A stretch of 55,443 nucleotides of DNA from an uncultured Kineosporia sp. (GTDB taxonomy: Bacteria; Actinomycetota; Actinomycetes; Actinomycetales; Kineosporiaceae). This document shows positions 44,094 through 53,660 of this stretch, one piece after another (the first letter of the stretch is position 1; each line of letters opens with the position of its first letter). The notes beneath the pieces are model-generated. The model was not told the DNA's origin. It made no database searches and worked only from the letters and a program-made list of their open reading frames with translations. The stretch spans positions 1-55,443 of the forward strand of contig CAXUFS010000002.1 of assembly GCA_964250315.1 (NCBI GenBank), in the 5' to 3' direction. Position numbers and translations under genes: made by a program.

Positions 44094-44513
44094 TCAATCG
44101 GCGGGGGCGGCGGCCAAGATCGCCTGCGCGGTGTGGGTCTGGCCGGTGCTGCCGGTCCAGTCCACAGTGATCCTCGGGCCCGGCCTGGTGCGGGCCATCA
44201 CGCTGTCAGGGTCGAGGCGTCGTCCACAGACTGACCGTTGATGGCTGTGATCACGTCACCCGTGGTCAGGTCAGGATCTCGCCTGTGCTGGTCAAGATCA
44301 TCCCCGTGCCTGTGGCGGTCCCGTTCTGATACTTCTCCGTGTGACGATGTCGACCACCGCCGCGTTCACCGAGGTCGCGACGCTCGTTGCGGCTGAGGTC
44401 AGATAGGCCACCGTGACCGTGCGCAGACCGCTCGATGAAGAGCCCATCATCGCGGAGTTGAAACCGGTGAACGCGACCCCGGCCGCGAGGATCGAGGCGC
44501 CGGCCACGACCAT
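44094..44513 (-). pseudogene. Remnant of an HtrA/DegP-like (S1C) serine protease with the catalytic domain deleted
   Basis: Reverse-strand pieces lie in different frames. (1) TM helix and domain start: MVVAGASILAAGVAF...SVNAAVVDIVT. (2) YQNGTATGTGMILTSTGEILT*. (3) PDZ end: PDLTTGDVITAINGQSVDDASTLTA*. (4) MARTRPGPRITVDWTGSTGQTHTAQAILAAAPAD*, with its stop at 44094-44096. About 200 aa of the trypsin-like domain, including the catalytic triad, are missing. Confidence 0.6.
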
Positions 44514-44665
44514 CCCGCTGCCAAGACGATCGTTGCGGCCGAGTAGACGCCTCCTGCTCCCATACGAGTAAATGTAGGAACCATGAGATGCCTTGATGAT
44601 GACCGGCTAATGGGTGAGGTCTGAGGGCTACCTGTCACATCAGAATGATCGGTAGCCACTGCAGT

Positions 44666-45517
44666 TCAGAACTTTCTCAGTGCCTTACTGGAGACAAGCG
44701 GCCGAACCACGCCGTCACCGGTGACCAGCACAGCGGCATAGCCCGGTTGGCTGGACAACCAGCCTGCTGCTCGATCGCCGTCCACGAACACTGCGGTGGC
44801 GTAGACGTCGGACCAGGTCAGGGTGGGGCCGATTACGCTGGCGGACAACGTCGTCGCCGGGCGCGCTCCCGACCGGGGGTCGAGGATGTGCTCGCCCCGC
44901 GCCGCGGTTCCCGAGGTGGCCACGCCGCCGGAGCGCATCGTCAACGTGGTGACCAGACTGCTTGTGTCGCGGGGATTCTCGATCCCGATCACCCAGTCTG
45001 GGGTGTCGGTGCGGGAACACTTCATGACGATGTCACCACCGGCGCAGGCCAGCAGGTCGTGCGGCCCGAGTCGTCCAAGATCACTGGCCAGGTGCTGGAA
45101 GGATCGTTCCACCGACCAGCCCTTGACCAGGCCGGTCGGATCGAAGCTACGCCGTCCATGCGGGTCCGGGCGCCACGCGTCGAAGGCCCCGCCGGTCCGT
45201 TCCCGGGCCTGGGCGCACAGCTGGGCCACCTCCTGTACCAGCTGCGGGGCATCGGGCAGGGCGAGTTGCCCGCGCCGGATCCGGCTCACCGCGCTACCCA
45301 CCCGCCAGGGGCTGAACATGGCGTCATCGGCGCGCAGCCGCTGGTAGAAGGCGGCCACCGCGTGCGCAGTGGCGCTGCCCCGGGCCTGAGGACCGCGCAC
45401 ATGGAGGCTGACCGGCAGGCCCATCACCTGCTCGGCAAAAGCCCTTCGGGGCTGGACGGTGAACGGCACTGCGGCGCCGCGATCGGGCGGGGCCGGCAGG
45501 TCGGTCGGCGTTCTCAC
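44666..45517 (-). CDS. FAD:protein FMN transferase (ApbE family)
   Basis: RRAFAEQVMGLPVSLHV...FSPWRVGSAVSRI...FDPTGLVKGWSVERS...GGVATSGTAARGEHILDPRSG...SDVYATAVFV. GTG 45517 forms a GTGA overlap with the upstream FMN-binding gene's stop. Confidence 0.85.
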   Translation of the reverse strand: MRTPTDLPAPPDRGAAVPFTVQPRRAFAEQVMGLPVSLHVRGPQARGSATAHAVAAFYQRLRADDAMFSPWRVGSAVSRIRRGQLALPDAPQLVQEVAQLCAQARERTGGAFDAWRPDPHGRRSFDPTGLVKGWSVERSFQHLASDLGRLGPHDLLACAGGDIVMKCSRTDTPDWVIGIENPRDTSSLVTTLTMRSGGVATSGTAARGEHILDPRSGARPATTLSASVIGPTLTWSDVYATAVFVDGDRAAGWLSSQPGYAAVLVTGDGVVRPLVSSKALRKF

Positions 45518-45975
45518 AGGTTTGCCTTGTCTACGGCGGACTGCAGCGACTGGATGTAGCCGTCGCTGGTCACCGTCGCGCCGGACACGGCGTCGATGGA
45601 CGCGCTCTGCGTCGCCACCACCTCGGAGTTCAGCTGCGGGACGGCGTATGAATTGATCTCCTGGTCCCGGGGATTGTTCTGCGGGAACTGGACAGCCTGA
45701 GCTCGGGTGATCTTCCCGGATGCGACGGTGATCTGGACCTGGACCACTCCCCACTGGGTATTGACCTCCGGCCCCGTGAACGATCCGTCACCGTCCGACG
45801 AGGAACTGCCGCCCGCCGCGGAACTGCCGGTCGCTGGCTCTGGACTGGTCGCAGGCTGGGCGCTGGCCGCGGTAGACGCGCTCGACGTGGAGCGGAGGCT
45901 GGTGTGGTAACTGAACAGCAGAACCAGCGCGCTGATCGTGCTCATCAGCCCGACGACTATCCGGCGCATGGACAT
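45514..45975 (-). CDS. FMN-binding-domain secreted/membrane-anchored protein (ApbE substrate type)
   Basis: ATG 45975 follows CAAGGAAG. It has an N-terminal TM helix (IVVGLMSTISALVLLF) and a Ser/Ala-rich linker. The FMN_bind domain carries the flavinylation motif in IDAVSGATVTSDGY. Confidence 0.8.
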   Translation of the reverse strand: MSMRRIVVGLMSTISALVLLFSYHTSLRSTSSASTAASAQPATSPEPATGSSAAGGSSSSDGDGSFTGPEVNTQWGVVQVQITVASGKITRAQAVQFPQNNPRDQEINSYAVPQLNSEVVATQSASIDAVSGATVTSDGYIQSLQSAVDKANL

Positions 45976-46010
45976 CTTCCTTGCTTGACAGAGGGATTCG
46001 GAAAAGCGCG

Positions 46011-47486
46011 CTACCAGGTAAAGCGTTCCTGGTGGATACGGGTCTTGGGCACGCCTGCTTCCAGGACCGCGGCTGCGGCAGCCTCCATCCACGCTGGCGC
46101 GCCGCAGATGTACACGTCCTGCTCGGCCAGATCGGGCAGCAGCTGGCGCAGGGCCTCCACGTCGCTGAGATGCGAGGCCGACGACGGCAGCCAGGACGGG
46201 CGGTCCAGCGCACGCGGGCCGGTCACATAGAAGACGCGGGCTCCGTTGCTGTTAGCCAGCCGATCGAGTTCGCCCCTGAGGATCAGCTCCGGTTCACTGT
46301 GCGCCCGGTAGATCAGTGTGACGTCACCCGGCTTCTGCGGCATGGCTTCCAGCAACGCCCGCAGCGGGGTCACCCCTATCCCACCGGCTAGCAGGGTGAC
46401 CCGGCGCCGGGTGCGAACGCCGTCGTGCAGCCGGCCGAAGGGACCTTCGATGAGAACCCGGGTGCCAGCAGGCAGCGCAGCCAGATTGCCGGATCCGTCT
46501 CCCAGGTCCTTGACCGTAATGCGGAGATGATGGGCGGACGGCGCCGCGGACAGTGAATACGGATGCCCGCGGGTCCAGCCGGAGCCGGACAGGAAGCGCC
46601 AGGTGAAGAACTGCCCAGCCTCGGCTCGCAACCGGTCCAGGTGCCGGCCGCGCATCCAGATCGACACGACCCCCGGCCCTTCGGGCACTGCGGTCATCAC
46701 TCGCAGGTCGTGAAAGATGCTGCGGCGCAGTGGAACAATCAGGCGCCAGATCAGCATCGATCCAGCTGCGGCCGCCCACAATGTCCACCAGTACACGGTG
46801 GCCAGGTGGTGATCGAGGAACTCCTGGCCGGTCCACAGCTGGTGGGGCAGCGCCAGCCCGGCTCCGAGATACGCGTAAAGGTGCAGCAGATGCCAGGACT
46901 CGTACCGCAACCGCCTCCGAGCTCGCTTGACGCTGGTCACTGCCACCATCACCAGCAGCCCGGAACCCGCAGTGGCGAGCAGCATTCCGGGATAGCCGAC
47001 GACCAGCTTCCACGTCTCGACAACGACATTCAGATGGACGTCGACGGCGTAACCCAGGCAGATCAGCGCGATGTGAGCCAGCATCAGCGAGAACGACGTG
47101 AAGCCCACCAGCCGGTGACGGCGAACCAGTTCGTCCTGGCCGTACGACCGCTCGATGATGGGAATCCGCGCCATCAGCAGCACCTGGATCAGCAGCAGAT
47201 CAGCGGCGATCAGACCGGTCAGCCGGCCCAGACTGTCCAGCCCGCTACCGAGGCCATCGATGCCTTGCAGGCCACCGTCGGCGACCCAGAGCGCGACCAC
47301 GATCAGGCCGCTGGCCCAGCTGAGCGATCCGGCGGCGTCCCGCCACCAGAGCGGAATCCGGCGCGCTGGACGGCTCGGGGACGAACTCTCTCCAGCCGGA
47401 CTGGGCCCGGGCCACACGGCCACAGAAGCCATGGTGTCCGCCTTCATCGCGATGCCTCCAGCAGCAGAGGCACCCTTGCTGAGCAC
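46011..47486 (-). CDS. Ferric-reductase-like transmembrane protein with FAD/NAD(P)-binding domains
   Basis: Six or more TM helices with His-rich heme-site candidates are followed by RGHPYSLSAAP (an RxYS-type FAD motif) and LLAGGIGVTP (NAD(P)H motif). The start may be Met14 (47447) or Met19 (47432). Confidence 0.8.
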   Translation of the reverse strand: MLSKGASAAGGIAMKADTMASVAVWPGPSPAGESSSPSRPARRIPLWWRDAAGSLSWASGLIVVALWVADGGLQGIDGLGSGLDSLGRLTGLIAADLLLIQVLLMARIPIIERSYGQDELVRRHRLVGFTSFSLMLAHIALICLGYAVDVHLNVVVETWKLVVGYPGMLLATAGSGLLVMVAVTSVKRARRRLRYESWHLLHLYAYLGAGLALPHQLWTGQEFLDHHLATVYWWTLWAAAAGSMLIWRLIVPLRRSIFHDLRVMTAVPEGPGVVSIWMRGRHLDRLRAEAGQFFTWRFLSGSGWTRGHPYSLSAAPSAHHLRITVKDLGDGSGNLAALPAGTRVLIEGPFGRLHDGVRTRRRVTLLAGGIGVTPLRALLEAMPQKPGDVTLIYRAHSEPELILRGELDRLANSNGARVFYVTGPRALDRPSWLPSSASHLSDVEALRQLLPDLAEQDVYICGAPAWMEAAAAAVLEAGVPKTRIHQERFTW

Positions 47487-47833
47487 CCGTCCTCAGACCA
47501 TCCGATCCGTTCCTGGGATGAGGCTGAATGATCCCTGCGCCTTCGTTAAGAGCCCCCAAGGCACAGCCCGGTAAACGAGTGGTTGTGCGGGATCCCTGCG
47601 GAACGCCCCACATCTGCGAGCACCCGTCACTGCAGGGCGCCGAAGCGACCGTGCGCCGTTCTGGCTGAGCACCGGTGTCGTCCCACCCTGACCGCGGCTG
47701 AGCCAGCAGCTCGGCCACGCCCGATCCGCGCGTTCATAACGATCGAGTTATTCAGCTGCCCCCGTTTGACCGAAACCCCTTGTGCCTTGGCAGAACGGCT
47801 CCTAATATCCCCATGCACGGATTTTCAGTCATA

Positions 47834-47847
47834 TGCACATATGTGCA
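47834..47847. promoter_or_regulatory. Perfect 14-bp palindrome TGCACATATGTGCA, 20 bp upstream of the ABC ATPase start
   Basis: Read directly from the sequence. It lies in an AT-richer 381-bp divergent spacer between the ferric reductase and the sugar ABC operon. An operator role is an inference. Confidence 0.35.
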
Positions 47848-47867
47848 GCAATGACGGAGGCGATTCG

Positions 47868-49433
47868 ATGCTCGTCGACGATGACGGTGCCGACGCGGTG
47901 TATGAGCTGGAGATGCGGAACATCTCGAAGCGTTTCGCCGGAGTCACCGCGCTGTCCGATGTCTCGATCGCGGTTCGCCGCGGTGAGGTCCACGCCATCT
48001 GCGGAGAGAACGGTGCCGGCAAGTCGACCTTGATGAAGATCCTCTGCGGGATCATCCCGTCCGGGACTTACCAGGGCGAGATTCTCCTGCGCGGCCGGCC
48101 CGTGCGCTTCAGCGACGTCAGGCAGAGCGAAGCCGCGGGCATAGCGATCATCCATCAGGAGCTCGCCCTGGTCCCGGAGCTCTCGGTGATGGAGAACCTG
48201 TTCCTCGGCAACGAGACCACCAGACGCGGCGTGATCGACTGGGGTACGGCCTACGTCACCGCCACCAGGGTGCTGGAGCAGGTCGGGCTCAGCGAGGAGC
48301 CGACCGCGCCGATCAAGACCCTCGGTGTCGGCAAGCAGCAGCTGGTCGAGATCGCCAAGGCGCTGCACAAGAATGCGCGCCTGCTGATCCTGGACGAGCC
48401 GACGGCTTCGCTGAACGAGCGCGACTCCCAGCACCTGCTCGACCTGATCACCGGTCTGCGCGACCGCGGGCTCACCTGCCTGCTCATCTCGCACAAGCTG
48501 AACGAGATCGAGCAGGTCGCTGACAGCGTGACGATCCTGCGGGACGGCCGGACGGTCGAGACCCTGTCGGTGGACGCCGATGGCGTCGACGAGGACCGCA
48601 TCATCCGGGCCATGGTGGGCCGGACCCTCGACCACCGGTTTCCCCAGCGTGCGCGGACGATCGGCGAACCGTTCTTCTCCGTCGAGGGGTGGACGGTGCG
48701 ACATCCCGACGTCCCCGAACGACTCGTCTGCGACCACGAGTCCTTCTTCGTCCGCCGCGGCGAGATCGTCGGGTTCGCCGGCCTGGTCGGCGCTGGTCGC
48801 ACCGAACTGGCCCGTAGCATCTTCGGCCGCTCCTACGGCACGTTCGCGGCCGGCCGGATGGTGAAGGACGGCCGCGAGATCGCCCCGCGAACCGTTCGTC
48901 AGGCAGTCCGCGCCGGTCTCGCCTATGTCTCGGAAGACCGCAAGAGCCTGGGCCTGAACCTGCTCGACACCGTCAAGGACACCACCGTCTCCGCTGGGTT
49001 GCCCCGGATCACCCGCCATCACGTCATCGACGACGACCAGGCCTTCGTGGTCGCCGAGGGTTACCGCCAGAACCTCCACACCAAGGCCACCAGCGTCGAG
49101 CAGGGAGTGCGCCAGCTGTCCGGTGGCAACCAGCAGAAAGTCGTGCTGGCCAAGTGGCTCTTCACCGAGTCCGACCTGCTGATCCTGGACGAGCCGACGC
49201 GAGGCATCGACGTCGGCGCGAAATACGAGATCTACGGCGTGATCCAGGGCATCGCGGCCCGGGGCAAAGGCGTGGTCCTGATCTCCTCGGAACTGCCCGA
49301 GCTGCTCGGCCTCTGCGACCGGATCTACGCCATCTGCGAGGGCCGCATCACCGGCGTGCTCGAAGCGGACGAGGCCGAACCGGAAAGCCTGATGCGGCTG
49401 ATGACGATGAACCGGAGGGACCGACCGGCATGA
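47868..49433 (+). CDS. Sugar ABC transporter ATP-binding protein (GguA/XylG-like, multiple-monosaccharide type)
   Basis: ATG 47868 follows ACGGAGG. It has Walker A GENGAGKST, the sequence GTYQGEILLRGRPVRF and the signature LSGGNQQK, with duplicated ABC domains. The track's 95-aa N-terminal extension was rejected. Confidence 0.9.
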   Translation: MLVDDDGADAVYELEMRNISKRFAGVTALSDVSIAVRRGEVHAICGENGAGKSTLMKILCGIIPSGTYQGEILLRGRPVRFSDVRQSEAAGIAIIHQELALVPELSVMENLFLGNETTRRGVIDWGTAYVTATRVLEQVGLSEEPTAPIKTLGVGKQQLVEIAKALHKNARLLILDEPTASLNERDSQHLLDLITGLRDRGLTCLLISHKLNEIEQVADSVTILRDGRTVETLSVDADGVDEDRIIRAMVGRTLDHRFPQRARTIGEPFFSVEGWTVRHPDVPERLVCDHESFFVRRGEIVGFAGLVGAGRTELARSIFGRSYGTFAAGRMVKDGREIAPRTVRQAVRAGLAYVSEDRKSLGLNLLDTVKDTTVSAGLPRITRHHVIDDDQAFVVAEGYRQNLHTKATSVEQGVRQLSGGNQQKVVLAKWLFTESDLLILDEPTRGIDVGAKYEIYGVIQGIAARGKGVVLISSELPELLGLCDRIYAICEGRITGVLEADEAEPESLMRLMTMNRRDRPA

Positions 49434-50821
49434 GCGAGCTGTCCAAGCAGATTTCCGGCACGATCTCGAACAACCTGCGCCAGTTCGGGATGACCATCGC
49501 ACTGGTCTTCCTGCTGCTGTTGTTCCAGGTGCTGACCGGCGGGATCGAGCTGACCCCCGACAACGTGATCAACATTGTCAGCGAGAACGCGTACGTGCTC
49601 ATCCTCGCCGTAGGCATGGCGCTGGTCATCATCGCCGGCCACATCGACCTGTCCGTCGGCTCGATCGCCGCCCTCACCGGCATCGTCGTGGCGCAGCTGA
49701 TCGCCCAGCACCACCTGCCCTGGCCGCTCGCCGTGCTCGCGGGGCTGCTGCTGGGGCTGGCCATCGGTGCCTGGCAAGGCTTTTGGGTCGCCGTGGTCGG
49801 GGTCCCCGCCTTCATCGTCACGCTGGCCGGAATGCTGATCTTCAGGGGCCTGAACCAGATCTACGGCCAGTCCTCGACGGTGCCAGTGCCCGACAGCATC
49901 GTCTCCCTCGGCAATGGTTCGCTGCCCGACATCGGCCCGGACACCGGCTTCAACAATCCGACCGTGCTGCTGGGTCTCGCGGGTGTGGCGCTGATCATCG
50001 TGCTGGAGGTACGCAGCCGCCGCAACGCCCACCGCCTCGGGGCTCCGCTGCGTCCGCTGTGGGCCAGCGTCACCAAGGTCGTACTGCTCAGCCTGGCGAC
50101 GCTGATCGCGACCTACCTGTTCGCCTCGGGGCCGATCGGCAAGTCCTTCCCCGTCCCCGGCATCATCCTGCTGGTCCTGGTCATCGCCTACGGCTTCCTG
50201 GCCGCCAGGACACCGCTGGGCCGGCACGTGTACGCGGTCGGCGGTAACCGCTCGGCGGCCGAGCTGACCGGTATCAACGTCCGCCGCATCGACTTCTTCG
50301 TGATGCTCAACATGGGCCTGCTCGCGGCGGTCGCGGCGATCGTCTTCGTCGGTCACGCCGGCGCGTCCGGTCCGGCGGACGGCACGGGGTGGGAGCTGGA
50401 CACGATCGCAGCGGTGTTCATCGGAGGGGCAGCGGTTTCCGGCGGGATCGGCACGGTGACGAACTCCGTGGTCGGCGGTCTGGTGATCGCCGTGCTGAAC
50501 AAGGGGTTGCAGCTGCTCGGCGTCGAGGTGAGCACCACGGCGGTGATCAAGGGCCTGGTGCTGCTCGGAGCCGTGGCCATCGACGTCTATCACAAGGGCC
50601 AGGGCCGGCCCTCAATCATCGGCCTGCTCCTGGACGGCCTGCGCCGTGGCGCCGGCCAGGGCGCCCCGCTCGACGACGACCAGCATCCGGCCCCCGGCGC
50701 CGAGACCGATCCCGCACGGCCGTCATCCGCGATCGGCCCGCACACCGAGCCCGCAGACCGTCCGGCGGGCGCCACATCCTCCGCCCTGCCCAACTCGTCA
50801 GCGATGACGAACGACAGATAG
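49430..50821 (+). CDS. Sugar ABC transporter permease (GguB-like) with a low-complexity C-terminal tail
   Basis: ATG 49430 forms an ATGA overlap with the ATPase stop and follows GGAGGGA. N-terminus is MSELSKQISGTISNNLRQFGMTIALVFLLLLFQVL..., followed by multiple TM helices. The last roughly 80 aa are Pro/Gly/Asp/Ala-rich. Confidence 0.85.
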   Translation: MSELSKQISGTISNNLRQFGMTIALVFLLLLFQVLTGGIELTPDNVINIVSENAYVLILAVGMALVIIAGHIDLSVGSIAALTGIVVAQLIAQHHLPWPLAVLAGLLLGLAIGAWQGFWVAVVGVPAFIVTLAGMLIFRGLNQIYGQSSTVPVPDSIVSLGNGSLPDIGPDTGFNNPTVLLGLAGVALIIVLEVRSRRNAHRLGAPLRPLWASVTKVVLLSLATLIATYLFASGPIGKSFPVPGIILLVLVIAYGFLAARTPLGRHVYAVGGNRSAAELTGINVRRIDFFVMLNMGLLAAVAAIVFVGHAGASGPADGTGWELDTIAAVFIGGAAVSGGIGTVTNSVVGGLVIAVLNKGLQLLGVEVSTTAVIKGLVLLGAVAIDVYHKGQGRPSIIGLLLDGLRRGAGQGAPLDDDQHPAPGAETDPARPSSAIGPHTEPADRPAGATSSALPNSSAMTNDR

Positions 50822-50828
50822 GAAAGCC

Positions 50829-51929
50829 ATGCGCCCGAGAATTCCCCGAATCCTTGCCGTCGGCTCAGCTCTGGCGGTGGCGGCACTCGCCATCACCGGA
50901 TGCAGCCAGCGCTCCGGTGACACGACGGCCTCGTCGTCCGGGTCCGCCACCGGCTTCCCCAAGGGCAGCCTGATCGGTGTCGCCCTGCCGCAGAAGACCA
51001 GCCAGAACTGGGTCGATGCCCAGGGGTTGTTCCCGAAGATGTTGAGCGCCGCCGGGTTCAAGAGCCAGGTGCAGTTCGCGAACTCCGGCGTCGCCGAGCA
51101 GCAGAGCCAGATCTCGGCGCTCATCTCCCGCGGAGCCAAGGTGCTCATCGTCGGCGCCATCGACGGCTCGCAGCTGGGCAACCAGCTCGCCCAGGCCAAG
51201 TCGAAGGGGATTCCGGTGATCTCCTATGACCGGCTCGTGACCAACACCAAGAACGTCGACTACTGGGTCACCTTCAACCCCGAGAAGGTCGGGGAGCTGC
51301 AGGGCCAGAGCCTGCTCCAGGGGCTGGCCGCTCAGGCCGGTCACTCCAAGCCGTACAACGTCGAACTCTTCGCCGGGTCCCCCGACGACTCCAACGCCAA
51401 GGTCTTCTTCGACGGCGCGATGAAGGTGCTGCAACCGAAGATCGACGACGGCACGCTGAAGGTCGCTTCCGGTCAGACCACCTTCCAGAAGGTGGCGACG
51501 CAGGGCTGGCTGCCGAACAACGCGGCGAGCCGGATGAGCTCGATCCTGACCGCTAAGTACTCCTCGGCCAGGCTCGACGGCATCCTGTCACCGAACGACA
51601 CGATCGCCCGGGCCCTGCTCACCACGGTGAAGCGGGCGAAGGGCTACTACCCACCGATCACCGGCCAGGACTCCGACCCCGACAGTGTGAAGCTGATCGC
51701 CGAGGGGACGCAGTACAGCACCATCGACAAAGCCACCCTGAAGCAGGTGACCGCCTCGGTGGACATGGTGAAGGCCCTCAGCGAAGGCAAGCAGGCGCAG
51801 ACGAACGGCAGCACCGACAACGGGGCGATCTCGGTGCCGACGGACCTGCTGACACCGATCCTGGTGACCAAGGACAACGCGGCCGAAGTCTACAAGGACG
51901 ACCCGGTGCGTGAGCCGCTCACGAAGTGA
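50829..51929 (+). CDS. ChvE-like multiple-monosaccharide ABC substrate-binding lipoprotein
   Basis: The signal peptide and lipobox are [33 protein letters not shown]...[15 protein letters not shown]...[33 protein letters not shown]...[36 protein letters not shown] parallels Agrobacterium ChvE (recalled, not aligned). Confidence 0.85.
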   Translation: MRPRIPRILAVGSALAVAALAITGCSQRSGDTTASSSGSATGFPKGSLIGVALPQKTSQNWVDAQGLFPKMLSAAGFKSQVQFANSGVAEQQSQISALISRGAKVLIVGAIDGSQLGNQLAQAKSKGIPVISYDRLVTNTKNVDYWVTFNPEKVGELQGQSLLQGLAAQAGHSKPYNVELFAGSPDDSNAKVFFDGAMKVLQPKIDDGTLKVASGQTTFQKVATQGWLPNNAASRMSSILTAKYSSARLDGILSPNDTIARALLTTVKRAKGYYPPITGQDSDPDSVKLIAEGTQYSTIDKATLKQVTASVDMVKALSEGKQAQTNGSTDNGAISVPTDLLTPILVTKDNAAEVYKDDPVREPLTK

Positions 51930-52834
51930 CCCGGACGACACAGAGAGGACTTCCCGTGCCCGAGCAGGACTTCACCCCCACCAAGCAGTACCACGAGGAC
52001 GTGCCAGTTCAGACCCCGGGCTTCTTCCTGAAAGGCGGCGCCGGTTACGACTGGGGCCTGAAGAACCGCCTGTCCAGGATCTTCCGGCCCGACACCGGCC
52101 GCACGGTGATGCTGGCGGTGGACCACGGATACTTCCAGGGGCCGACCACCGGCCTTGAGCGCCTCGATCTCGCGCTGCCACCGCTGATTCCGCATGCGGA
52201 CGCACTGATGGCGACCCGCGGGGCGATCCGCAGCACGGTAGGGCCCGACACCGGCAAGCCCATCGTCGTGCGGGCGAGCGGCGGGCCCAGCGTCCTGGGC
52301 GACCTGTCCGACGAGCGTGTCGCCATGGACGCCGACGACGCGGTCCGGATCAACGCATCGGCGCTGGCGGTGCAGATATTCGTGGGCACCGAGCGGGAGA
52401 CGCAGTCGATCAGGAACCTGACCACCCTGGTCGACGCAGGGCTGAGAGTCGGCATCCCGGTGATGGCGGTCGTGGCCGTCGGCCGCGACATGGTGCGGGA
52501 CGCGCGGTACTTCAGGCTGGCCACCCGGATCGCCGCGGAACTGGGCGCCGGGTTCGTGAAGTGCTACTACGTCGCCGATGGCTTCGGCTCGGTCGCGGCC
52601 GGTTGCCCGGTGCCGCTGGTGGTGGCTGGCGGCAAGAAGCTGCCGGAGCGCGAGGCGCTGGAGATGACCCGCCGGTGCGTCGACGAGGGCGCCCTCGGGG
52701 TCGACATGGGCCGCAACATCTTTCAGAGTGACGCCCCGGCCGCGATGATCCGAGCCGTGTCGGCCATCGTGCACGACGGCCTGTCCGTGGACGACGCCTA
52801 CGACGTCTACCACGAGCTGGGTCGTGCGGCGTGA
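51926..52834 (+). CDS. LsrF-type class I aldolase-fold enzyme (DhnA/LsrF family; thiolase/aldolase)
   Basis: There is long colinear similarity to E. coli LsrF as I recall it. Matching segments are [119 protein letters not shown] and [15 protein letters not shown] 51926 forms a GTGA overlap with the SBP stop. Confidence 0.85.
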   Translation: MTRTTQRGLPVPEQDFTPTKQYHEDVPVQTPGFFLKGGAGYDWGLKNRLSRIFRPDTGRTVMLAVDHGYFQGPTTGLERLDLALPPLIPHADALMATRGAIRSTVGPDTGKPIVVRASGGPSVLGDLSDERVAMDADDAVRINASALAVQIFVGTERETQSIRNLTTLVDAGLRVGIPVMAVVAVGRDMVRDARYFRLATRIAAELGAGFVKCYYVADGFGSVAAGCPVPLVVAGGKKLPEREALEMTRRCVDEGALGVDMGRNIFQSDAPAAMIRAVSAIVHDGLSVDDAYDVYHELGRAA

Positions 52835-53604
52835 ACGGAGCCACAGCCGAGTTCGCGGGCCGCGCCGCCGTCGTCACGGGTGCGGCGGGCGGGATCGGTC
52901 TGGCCGTCTCGGAGGCGCTGATGGCCCGGGGGGCACGGGTGCTCGGCCTCGACCTCGCCGAACAGGTGACGAGCGCGTCGGGCGACGACCTGTGGACCGG
53001 TGTGGTCACCGACGTCACCGACCCAGAAGCGGTCCGGCTCGCCATCACCGGGTTCCTGTCCACCGTGGCGCGCATCGACCTGCTGGTCTCGAACGCGGGC
53101 ATCTTCAGCGCTGGCCAGCACATCGTCGACCTGGACATTGAGACGTTCGAGCGCAGCCTGCGGGTGAACCTCACCAGCCACCTGGTGGTGATGAAGGAGG
53201 TGCTGTCCTCCATGCGCGGCAGCGGGCCAGGCTCGATCGTGATCGTCGGCTCCAGGAACGTGGCGGCGCCGGGCCCGGGTGCCGCCGCCTACTCGGCCGC
53301 CAAGGCCGGTCTCACCCAGCTGGGGCGGGTGGCGGCGCTCGAGCTGGCGCCGGAGGGCATCCGCGTGAACATCGTCCACCCGGACGCCGTCTTCGCCACC
53401 GGCCTGTGGACCAAGGACGCGCTGGAGGCGTCAGCGCGGCGTTACGGCAAGACCGTCGAGGAGTACAAGCGCAGCACGCTTCTCGGGGTCGACGTCCGAT
53501 TGGACGACGTCAGCGAGGCGGTCTGCCTGCTGCTCAGCGACCGCTTCTCCCGCACGACCGGTGCGCAGATCCCGGTCGACGGCGGCAACCTGCGGGTGGT
53601 CTGA
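52831..53604 (+). CDS. SDR-family oxidoreductase
   Basis: GTG start, forming a GTGA overlap with the LsrF-like stop. N-terminus is [34 protein letters not shown], with YSAAKAG further on. Confidence 0.85.
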   Translation: MNGATAEFAGRAAVVTGAAGGIGLAVSEALMARGARVLGLDLAEQVTSASGDDLWTGVVTDVTDPEAVRLAITGFLSTVARIDLLVSNAGIFSAGQHIVDLDIETFERSLRVNLTSHLVVMKEVLSSMRGSGPGSIVIVGSRNVAAPGPGAAAYSAAKAGLTQLGRVAALELAPEGIRVNIVHPDAVFATGLWTKDALEASARRYGKTVEEYKRSTLLGVDVRLDDVSEAVCLLLSDRFSRTTGAQIPVDGGNLRVV

Positions 53605-53660
53605 ACCTCCTGGTCCCCTGTTTGTCCCTGTCGTCCCGCGCCGCGGGCGCCAGGCGGTGT

